From Octopus sinensis (Eukaryota), in assembly GCF_006345805.1 (NCBI RefSeq), contig NC_042997.1, forward strand, positions 187,612,001 to 187,676,000: a stretch of DNA of 64,000 nt, given 5' to 3'. Shown here piece by piece: positions 14,416 to 25,387 of this stretch. The translations under genes and the position numbers were made by a program. How positions within the stretch are numbered: position 1 is the stretch's first letter; each line of letters opens with the position of its first letter. A model generated the notes under the pieces. It was given only the letters and a program-made list of their open reading frames with translations. It made no database searches and had not been told where the DNA came from.

Positions 14416-15014
14416 TCATCATCATCATCGTTTTCCATGCTGGCATAGGTTGGACGATTTGACGGAGGACTGGCGAACCAGATAGTTGCACCAGGCTCCA
14501 ATCTGATCTGGCAGAGTTTCTACAGCTGGATGCCATTCCTAACGCCAACCACTCTGAGAGTGTAGTGGGTGCTTTTACATGCCACCAGCATGAGGGCCAG
14601 TCAGACGGTACTGGCAACGACCTTGCTCGAATATTTTTTCACGTGCCACCAGCACAAGTGCCAGTAAGGTGATGCTGGTAATAATCATGCTCAAATAGTG
14701 CTTTTATGTGACACCGGCATGGAAGCCAGTCAGCTGCACTGGCAACAATCATGCTTGGATAGTGCTCTTAGCGCTCCGCTAGCACAGATGCCAGTCATCG
14801 AATTTGATTTCGATTTTGATTTCACTTGCCTCAACAGGTCTTCGCAAGCAGAATTTAGTGTCCAATGAAGGAAAGGTATGCATAAGTGGGCTGGTTACAC
14901 CCCTGGCATAGGCCACGAGTTATTGTCCCACTTGGCTTGCCGGATCTTCTCATATTTCTAAAGGTCTTGGTCACTAGTCACTGCCTCAGTGAGGCCTAAT
15001 GTTTGAAGGTCATG
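14416..15014 (-). mobile_element. 5'-truncated RTE LINE: ORF end plus complete 3' UTR with tandem array (subfamily 1)
   Basis: Minus strand reads HDLQTLGLTEAVTS, then the UTR, 4 tandem units, the GGCGTTAGGAATGGCATCCAGCTGTAG core and a (GAT)n tail. Confidence 0.85.
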
Positions 15015-17112
15015 TTAATGATAATACAGGAATGATCACATTGGAGCCCAAGACACATTCACAATGATAAAATTGCCTGGCACACACCCATTCAGCACCC
15101 GTACACTACTTATTCATGGGTTTATGTCAAACAGTTGTTATTGCATTCAGGACAGATCCGGCTATCAACTCAGTCTATCATGAAATCAATCCATGTCTTC
15201 CTTTGATAAGGAAGAGTGAGTAGTCTTCTTCTGCCTGGTGGTTATGGCTAAGAAAATTGTGTGGTAGATGCAGCTGAAAGCTCTAAGGAAAGCTTTTCCT
15301 CTCAGGCCAAGCCCTCATCAGTTTTTTCTACATACCATTTGAAGAAGATGGTGAGAGTAGAGAGAGAGAGATGCTACCCTCCAATAAATTTTATAAAAAT
15401 TGGTGAGTGGTGAAACTGACTTGAATAAAAGGGCCTACATTAATTATGTGGATATCGGCCAATAGCAAGAACTAGGAGAAGGCACTTGCCTTTTGTATGT
15501 CAAAGTAATCCAGGTTATATGAAGGATGTCCTTAATAACTCTATGTGGTTACCCCCAACTATTTTTGGAATTCCTTTTTGTTATTTTGATGTTCCACAAT
15601 GCTATTGCGAATTACTGTTATCTAGTTGTTATTACTATAAGTAGTAGTTGTAAAATATTATTTTGTTGCTTTCACCCTTTTACTCAATGTAAATACCCTG
15701 CTTAAATTATATTTGGTATTCTGCTTTTGTTCTGTCTCCAGCATCCTGGGCCCATATAGTAAGCAAAAGAAATTATTGTTGTTGTTGCTATTTATATTCC
15801 TTACATTTTGAAGAAAAAAAATGTCAACAGGAAGCAGCAGATAACTACATTTTTCCTGAAGTTACAAATATAAATGAAAATATAATGTTGCATTATACAC
15901 TCTTCTCCTACAGCACACACAAACACACATATAAATACATATGACAATAAAAATAAAAGAAATCTAAATTATAACTTCTTTACAATATTAAATAGGAGTT
16001 TAGTATTGTTCATTGATGTTGGTTTGATTTAATTTATGTATGTCTCCACAAAGTGTAAAAATATAAGAGGAAACAACAGCAAAAAGAATTTGAAATTTGT
16101 CAATATGAGTTGTATATTTTTGTAAAAAATGTTTTTGCTTTGTTCTACCAAATCAAAGAAAAGCATATTCATATGATATTTTTATCCAATTAAAAAAAAT
16201 TTTTTTTCACTTTTTTCATGATATAGGTGTAGCCTTAAAACTTTAAGCAAAGTTAACTCTTGGCTGATGTTAGAAATTATTAAAATGAAACATCAATTTT
16301 AAAATAATAAAACTCTCAAGATTTAAAATATTTTTAAAATAATTCTTATTAAATGCTAAATTTTGTATGTTAATGTACCAAAGTGTAATGCAATAAAAAT
16401 TCAATATAAACTCGTAATTTATGGCAAAGTAATGTTGTGCTATGTCTAAAAGCATACAGGGAACCAGTACAGACCAATGAAACACTAGTGGCTTACAGTA
16501 ATTAATGATATACTAGGACCCAGTAATACTAATGAAATCTATGGATGAAAGACATGCTATGCAATCACTAATTAACTAATGACACTTCAGCTGCTGAAGT
16601 GTATGGTTCACTACAATGAAAACTGAAGCATCAAAGATCTCCTCAGAAATGAGAAAAATTGCAATTTTCAATGAAAGACAATTTACACATCTTTCAATAA
16701 TTTTTGTAAAAATCAATTTCAAAACTTTTGTTATAAATATTTCATAAATAAAAAAATGAAGATTTTAAAAATAATGATCAAAACTGATGAAAGAGTCTTC
16801 CGAGTTAAATGAATAATATCAATTCCATTCACTGACAAATTAAGTCTAAAAATTAAATTAACCATAAATCCAAGCAACAAAAGTGAAAAAAATTAATACT
16901 AATAAAACAGAAAGTTAAATGAAAACAGCAATGAATAGAATATTACTTGTGTTGGGCGAATTGAAGTGAAGTGATAGAATTCCAGTAAAAAAGAATGAGA
17001 AAATAATTTCTTCATATAAAAGAATGAAGAAATTACTTAAAGGTTAATGAGATGTAAATTATTTGTCTATAATGCATTTCATTAGTTAATAAAAACAACA
17101 AAATTAGAAAAA

Positions 17113-19095
17113 TCATTGACAGATCCATTTTTGATAAGGACCCGTAACAGTAGGTTGAGGATCTATAGATTGAGTGATCACGGTGTCTGTTGTTCGAGTT
17201 ACAGTATGTCTAATCGCTGTCTCCCACATATACTTGTACTGAGCAGGGCTCTTTACCTCTGTTGTCTCTTCCTTTTTACGCCTCTTCTTACTTCCAGGTT
17301 TCAACTCCTCACTTGGAAGGGGAATGTTTTTATTTGTCTCTTCTTTCATCTTTTGTAGTCGTTTCTGACGCTGTAATTCAAGCTTACGTTCGTTCTCATA
17401 CCAGCCATGGTAACGTAAATTCATACTTTTGTGTTGATAAAATACTAGACTAATTCGTGTTGGTGAAAATCTGTTAGGATTCAGAAGAGCAGTTGTTGCA
17501 TGCAACTCTCGCTTAGCAACTTCAAATAACACAGAACCATGTGTTAATGCAATAGCAACACCTCCAATATCTGGATCTCTGAAGCTTTGTTCATTGAACT
17601 CAAGCTCAGAGCTAATTAGTTCGGCACTGTTGCCATTCAAACGAGAGTCTTCCATTGATCCATCAGCTTGTAAAAATGGCGTACTTAATGGCGGTGTTGA
17701 AGTAAGGTTTTTAGAATTTGAAGGAGAATAAGATGAAACACTAGTTTGGCATAAATTACTATTGACTTTATCAAAAATATCTTTCCTATCAAAATTAGAA
17801 CTAAGAGATGATAGTCTGGAATGTTGGTCTTTTGATAAATCTAATGGTATATTAGCATTTGAACATGAATTTCTAGATAGATGGTTAGAAAAATTTACAG
17901 CATTCTGATTGGCAGCACCCATAACAGCAGCTGGTAATTCTGTATTTGGAGCTGGCTTTCTTGGAGTTGATATATTCACACCAGCTTGTGACTGGGGTGA
18001 AACTGTTCGTGATTTTTCTACAGCAGTCTGGCTCCGAATCATAACTGCTTCAGATAACAAGTGTAGAGGAGACTCAAAGTCATCTGATGTTAAACTAGAT
18101 GCAGAGAAGGGACGCTTACTGTCTTTAACATTAGAGTTAACAAAAGGGACATTACATACTGATCCTGTTGGCAATAAGACATCAGTTGACATTTTCTTTA
18201 GACCCTCATAGGTTTTAGGGAGATCAATGTTTCTAAACTGCTGATGCAATGAAGGATCTATCAGACCATCTTTGCCAATAGCTGCTGATTGGCCAGTCAG
18301 CATTTTTATAGCTTCAGAATCACCATCCTTCAGAAAATTTGCTGGAGGGAATGTACCATGAGAATATAAATATTTACAAAACTGATTGTACGTGTTTTCA
18401 TTATTTGACTGTGCATTTGTTGGGGGCTTTAAAGGAGCAACATTATTCACTGACTGATCATTTGAATTTTTGTTACTCTCTTCTACCGAGCCAACTTTAA
18501 ACGATGATGATGATGATGATTGTGATGATGGTAAAGGTGCTAGTGGTGTTGATGATGAAGAAGATAATGATGTATTTAATGATGATAAGGATGATGGTGA
18601 TGACAATGATGCTTGAGGTGGTGCTGTTGATGACAATGCTGATGCTGCAGATGATGATGATGATGATGATATATTATTTACTGTGCTGTTCTGTAATAAG
18701 TTAATTTTATCAACGATGTTCTTATATCCAGAGATATTTGCCATGGCATTCTGAGGAAGATTAGAACAAAGGTTAGATTTAGCATTAGTAGCAGCTTGAG
18801 ACATAAGATTTGCATTCTTTGAATTCAAAAAAGTTGCTTTTCTGGGTGAACTCATGCGAGAATTGACTCTTTTGTTAGAAGGACTATCCTTCTTATTCTT
18901 CCCTTTACGTTTAGGTGTTACTGGAGTAGCGCGAACATGTGCAATCTTGGGATAGTTTGCGAGAATCTCAACGCATCCTTTCTTCAATTTTTCTTCAAAC
19001 TTTTTATCTTTGAGATCCAAAATATAAAGGGGTAAAACATGTAGTTGCTCTTCAACTGGTTTTTCTAGAGGTCCATGTTTTGTCAAAGTTACAAC
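17113..19095 (-). CDS. TET: TET terminal coding exon (1983 nt): low-complexity insert plus C-terminal half of the DSBH fold, stop TGA at 17115-17113
   Basis: tatttaatAG|GTT GTA ACT TTG ACA (VVTLTKH); EQLHVLPLY; [11 protein letters not shown]; ELHATT (distal His); [10 protein letters not shown] (RxS); ends [10 protein letters not shown]. Confidence 0.96.
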   Translation of the reverse strand, partial: VVTLTKHGPLEKPVEEQLHVLPLYILDLKDKKFEEKLKKGCVEILANYPKIAHVRATPVTPKRKGKNKKDSPSNKRVNSRMSSPRKATFLNSKNANLMSQAATNAKSNLCSNLPQNAMANISGYKNIVDKINLLQNSTVNNISSSSSSSAASALSSTAPPQASLSSPSSLSSLNTSLSSSSSTPLAPLPSSQSSSSSSFKVGSVEESNKNSNDQSVNNVAPLKPPTNAQSNNENTYNQFCKYLYSHGTFPPANFLKDGDSEAIKMLTGQSAAIGKDGLIDPSLHQQFRNIDLPKTYEGLKKMSTDVLLPTGSVCNVPFVNSNVKDSKRPFSASSLTSDDFESPLHLLSEAVMIRSQTAVEKSRTVSPQSQAGVNISTPRKPAPNTELPAAVMGAANQNAVNFSNHLSRNSCSNANIPLDLSKDQHSRLSSLSSNFDRKDIFDKVNSNLCQTSVSSYSPSNSKNLTSTPPLSTPFLQADGSMEDSRLNGNSAELISSELEFNEQSFRDPDIGGVAIALTHGSVLFEVAKRELHATTALLNPNRFSPTRISLVFYQHKSMNLRYHGWYENERKLELQRQKRLQKMKEETNKNIPLPSEELKPGSKKRRKKEETTEVKSPAQYKYMWETAIRHTVTRTTDTVITQSIDPQPTVTGPYQKWICQ

Positions 19096-22000
19096 CTATT
19101 AAATATAATTGAAGTAAATCATTACTGATGATATATATATATATAAAGAAAGAAAGGAGTGACTATATATTTTATAGAATCTAACTTATTGTCAATTTTG
19201 AAATAGATATATTACAAAAGACTCAATTTGCCTCTTATGTTTTTCATTATATTTTTAACTATAGATGAAAAACAAAATAAGATTTCAAAACAGATATTTT
19301 ATTTTAAATCAAAATGAAATATATTTCTTTTAAAAGGAATATTTCTGGGTATGTTATTTAAATGTCTTTGCTTATTGCCTATTTTAGCCCCAATTGGTTC
19401 CACTTTAAGAGAAATCTTCCATTTTGGCATTGATAGTCAATTATTGGGTGTAGTTAAAAACTGTTGCATATCAAAATTGAATATTATACAAAATAGGGGG
19501 AGAATCCACAAAAAAACAAAAGACAAAGACAGGTGGTGCAGACAACAAACAGATGTATTAGTTTAACACTTGGGAAGTGAAGAAGTCTTTAAGGCTTCGA
19601 GCCTACGCTCTTCCACAGAAAGAAACAAGGAGATAAAATAGCGATCTATTATATAAAATAGTTATTTTAGTTTAACAAAATATATTTTCTTATATATTTT
19701 ACATATCTTTTACATGACAACTTCAAACTTTTAATATGATTACCATTTTTAGACAGTAAGCTTCATCTTTAGTTATAATTTCTTTTTAACACTTACAACA
19801 TAATGTTTCTCTTAGTTCAAACTCTGATTATCATCAGATGTAATACTTGTCATAATACCTGTCAGAATTCAAACAAGGAATCTTTATTTCTAAACTATGG
19901 ATAATAATGCTGTTATCCACTTGGCCACTAATGCATGTAAATATTAAAGAATTTCTTATCTCTAAAGGATTCCCAGACATTTAAACATTTTGAAGATGGT
20001 GATGATATTTACCACAGTGCATCCATTGTTCATATTGTGCAAATCTTTATGTGAATGGGCACAAAAGTCCACACAGGCAGTCACACCAGAAAATGGCCGT
20101 GAAGGTTTTGAATTTTCATCCCGGTAACCAAGGCGACATTCATAACCACTGTCTTCAAAAAATACCTGTTTTAATGAAAAGATAAAGGAAGTTATAATAA
20201 ATCTCTGGGTGAAGTATATATATCACAATAAAGGAAGTTGTTTTGTCATTAAATAATTAAACCCTACATATTGTTTGTATCATTTAAAAAGATTTTTAAG
20301 AGTAATTTTTAAAAACAAATTTATTCATAACTCATTTTCCTAAAATTCTGAGACCACCTTCGGTCACGACACTGACCATGGGATTGCACCTAGAAAGCTA
20401 CCCTCCCAGGCACAAGTCCGGGCAAGACTGTCTTGTGGAAAGCCAGCAGTTGTCCATGCATACCGGCCTCCCCTCTCCACGCCACCAGTGTTATCCAAGG
20501 GAAAGGCAAGGGCCGATACAGCTTGGCACCTGTGACGTCGCAACTCATTTCTACAGCTGAGTGAACTGGAGCAACGTGAAATAAAGTGTCTTGCTCAAGA
20601 ACACAACACGCAGCCCAGTCCGGGATTCAAGCTCACAACTTCACGATCGTAAGCTCAATGCTCTAACCACTGAACCATGCACCTTCACATGTGAAGGCGC
20701 ACATAATTTTCCTAAAATATATAATGATTAATCTCAAACCTTTACACATATAAAAGTATAGAAAATTAATCAAATTGAGTAATTCAGCTCATATCAATAG
20801 CCATTGCAAAATTTGATATTTTTTTACTTCTTATAATATACTGCTTTTGAATATATCTTCAAAAGGAATCATTCAAAGCTATTGTATCATGGTGAGATAA
20901 CAATTACAATCAAAATGCCACATTATTATCGCACATATCATGTCCAATCACATTGTGATTAAAATGCTTGCAAATACTCAATTTGATTTAATTAATTACT
21001 CCATCCTAGAGTGGAGGTGATATATTTTAGTTAGTGAGCATAACTGTACATATTAGTACAAAGCAAAGATTTATAATAAACTTTAACTAGAGCTGAATGA
21101 TTATAAAAAAATTGTAGATGATTCTTTACCTGGTTGTTGTAGGATTCAGGTGCCACTGATTTATATAATGGAGCAAGTCTTGTTGCTAAACTCTGGAATT
21201 TATTTTCTGCAACTTCATCCTAAAATGAATAGACAACAATATACCACAAGTTTATGTTTGTAAATAGAGAGAGAATTATAGTCAATTGTTTGAATCTGGT
21301 ACATTATTGTATCTTATTGGTACTTAATTGATTGACTAAGAAGCATGTAAAGTAAAGTTGATCTGGGGAATATTTGATCTAACAATGATGAAACAACAGA
21401 TATAATAAAGCATCTAACTGGCTCTTTACTATCTGTGCCAAATATCTTCATAACAACAATTTTTTACATCAGCACAAGTCCATAGTTTGTATGGTAGAAA
21501 AACAGTAAACTGAATGAATCCACAATATCTAATGGGTATATGTTTTATCAGCATCACAATGACAAAAGTTAGAAGTGACTCTGTCAGGATTTGAACTCAA
21601 AACATAAAGGCACAAAACAGATTACTGTAGATTTAGTATTCTGCCACTATGTAATTGCATTTCCTTTATTAAAATTTTGATACTAATCTGTCTGAGACCA
21701 TCTTTGATCCTATGATACAAACTATATGTTATAAAGTGATCTAAATTAAACCCTTCCATCCACATTTCAAGGTAATTTATGTTCCAAACATCAACTTAAT
21801 AATGACAAAGAAATTTTGCAAAATCCTTCATTATTTTCAAATTAATTGAAATAAAGCTAGTATATTTCAACAGAAATACAATGATAAAATGGTTAAGACA
21901 AATGATAATTTCTAACTTCAAGGTAAGTAGTGTTGGTGTTTTGGTACTGATGAACAGAACTCATTTGTGAAAACAACATTGAGTAATGTCTCATTTCATA

Positions 22001-25000
22001 GCAGAGAAAGAGCACTGATATGGTATATGGATAAATTTTATGCGAAAAGTGGAGAAGGATTGGAACTGAGAAGGAAAAAAAGAACTGTTTGGTCTCTATG
22101 GAGAGAGAAAGAGGGGTATCTTTCAATATGTATTGTGGTGGAATGCTCTGCTGGGAAGCCTGAGTTTCAAATAGTTACAATTAGGTGAAACACGAAAGCA
22201 GGAAATTTTGAGTCTCAAACCAGACATGGTTAATGACTATTGATATGAAACCCCAAAATCTGGGTTTCATTGCAATTTTCAAAAGCAAAAGATGACTGTT
22301 GGATGTCTGATGAAAGGAAAGAACCTTTGTTGGTGATTTCTGTATTGTACTGCATAAGGTGATTATTTCCAACACGTTAAATATATTGAGCATAAGAGAG
22401 GTTTATTAATAACTCCTAAGGTCAGAAATACTAAAGTTCTTAAGGATAGGACATGTTTCCATCATATCTCAGTGTATGTATCAAGAGAGAGAGAGGGGGG
22501 GATGAATAATTAACATTTCGTTAGACCATATACTTTATGTTTGCCCTTCATACTGCTAAGGTCTCAAGCAAGAAATAGAAGTAGTATTTATTTTTTAGAT
22601 TGGCAAGCCAAGCAGATGCATCATGTTTCAACTTGGAACATAATACAGTAGTTGTAATAAGATTTCGAATGACGGTGCAGCCAATGAGTCAACAATCTAT
22701 GGCCCACAGCCTTCTTTCATCTTGCCCTCTGACTGTAAAAATAAGACAGTGCAAACAAAATCTTTTGTTTTCCTTATCTATCTTTGATTAGAAAATAATA
22801 ACATTCATTATTAATTATGTAGTGGTTTCAAATGAACCATAGTTTTATATTAATACAAAGAAAAATTAAATTATTTCACTATGTTAAAAAAAATCAAAGT
22901 TTCTCCAGGTGCAATATTTAAGCATTAAATGTTTTCACTTTCTTAAATGGACAGAACAACAGAGACTAACAGTGTCTTCCATTCTGTAAGTGGTATCAAA
23001 AGGTTCCCAGACTAGTTCTGTAGTGTACCAACAGATGGCAGCACACAGTTGTGTGCACAAGGAAAGCTAGTAGTGACCTTCATGAGGCAGTGTGATGAAT
23101 GACATTGCTGTGTTTATTTCGCAAGTTGTGAAATTTGTGTTTTTGTGATCACATGTATGCTGTAGTCTGCGATTTTATCATGGACATAAACTATCTTATA
23201 GTATCTTCAAACCTTGTATCTAAAAAAAAAAGTAGTTCATAATTGATCCAAATGAACTTACCAATACTGTATCTTTCAGTCTAAACTTTTTAGCATCCTT
23301 ACTTCGAGCAAATTTACATCCATTGAAATACATACTCCAAGAGCACCCGAAAGAAAAAGAAGCACCTCTTTTTTTTATATCCATACCTTGACAAGCACAG
23401 GTTTTTCTGAAGTAAAAGAAAAATGCAATAAGTAAATAGGACTACATAAATATGCTTTCATATTTAGATAAAACTATATTAGCAGTTGTAAGGTTAAGCG
23501 GTCAGCTTCACAACCAGTCAAGAGTTCAATCCAATTATGCAATACTTTAAGCAAATGTCTTTTGCTATTGTCTTAGGATGACCAATACCTTGTGAGTGGA
23601 ACTTGATAGTTAGAAAGTGTGAGGTTGCTCCAGTTTTAACACTTGATCTCAGATCAAGTTACTTGCCAGACAAGTACAACTACAATATATGCATGTGTAA
23701 TATCATAGCCAAATGGTCTATAGTTGACGCACGGTTCAATTCCTGTAGGTGATTCTGTTCCCTTTTTTCTATGTAAAGGGTTTTATCCCATACATTATGA
23801 GCCATTATTGCATATGAGCAATGTGTGTGTACATACACACAATCACATCTTATATTTACAAAGTTTCTCATATGCATTAATAGCTCATAATCTTTGGAGC
23901 AAAAACCTCTCACACAAAAAAGTGAACAAAAATTACATACCGGAATCAAACTACATGTTTACTGTTGACTAAATGGCCATGATATCACACAAAGTTGTAT
24001 ATGCACACATATGTGTGTATGTGTATATCTTTCATCAGTTTTGATCAGAAAAGGATATAAACTTGAGTGAGAAACAGAAAAACTGGTGACATTCCTTTGT
24101 TGCTCTCACCATGAGAAATATAGTGAACCAGTGGAAACTCATAACTAATGTTACTATTTTCCACTAATTGCAAAATAAATATATCAGCCGAAACAGGATT
24201 TTTTTATCATTTTAGGAAATGTGAATAGTTCTTAAATAGTATTCTATTGTGTCTGGGGAGAGTCATTTTCTTTTTGTGCCTTATAATTTAACACACTCAC
24301 TGGTAAAATTTCCACTTATTTCTTATTCTTATTTTCCTAAAATTTTCATTGTGTCTTGCAACCTTTTCAATAATATAGTAGTTATATAGAAATTCAGCTT
24401 AATTAACTGAACAGATATTCCATAACTGATAGGATCTATTTTCATTGTTGTTTCCAACTCTGACTGAACAAACAAATTCAAAGGCATTCCAACTATGATC
24501 ATCCAACCAATAAGAATATGTAGGACAAGATTCACCAATGTGTCACTTCCTTACTTAAGATAGTTGCTTATGGTTTAAGAAAATTGACTACTGTTTCTAC
24601 CAAGTGAAGCAGTCATTTAGAACAGTGGTTCACAACCATATTTTTCATTTTTGGACCCCTACCCCTTTGATTTTTAATACATCAATGTATTATCAGTTCA
24701 GCTAAAGACACTGTTCTTTTTTTTAATGGTTATGTCTGCAGGGAGAGATAGTATATGTGGGTTACTTCATTTAACATGAGAATTGTGAGCTTTTATGTGT
24801 GTGCACACATATATATAACTAAATATGTGTGTGCATGTGCACATGTACATGTGTATATATTATATATATAAAATCAGACAAAGTTTGATAAAGGCAAGAA
24901 CACCAAAACAGCAAAGATATTGTCAACCCTTTCTTTGTAAAAGTTAATAAATGTTTACTCAACTAAAAAGAATTGAGTAATTCCTCAGTTTAATGTTAAA

Positions 25001-25037
25001 GTTCTTTTACATATAGCTTGACATTAAAACAAACATT

Positions 25038-25129
<92 letters not shown>

Positions 25130-25346
25130 TAGAAATGGTAAGACAACAAAAGAATGAAAGAGACCTCGATATTGTGTAAATAGAGGAATTTATCTGTAAA
25201 TATAATATGTGACAATTATTCAGTAGCCATGATAAAACTCCAAGTTTCAGATGTCGGGGCGGAAACTCGGAGTTTTATCATGGCTACCGAATAATTGTCA
25301 CATACTATATTTACAGATATATATATATATATGTGTGTGTGTGTGC

Positions 25347-25387
<41 letters not shown>

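Noticed and set aside
18504-18704. Poly-Met ORF, and other plus-strand ORFs at 17116, 17262, 17909 and 45217
   Set aside because: Antisense shadows of TET exons; the poly-Met is the reverse of the poly-Ser (TCA)n codons.
20600-20688. tRNA genes at SINE heads (also 12200, 55930-56003, 62266)
   Set aside because: Only A/B-box-like remnants; no complete cloverleaf, and each continues into SINE body sequence.
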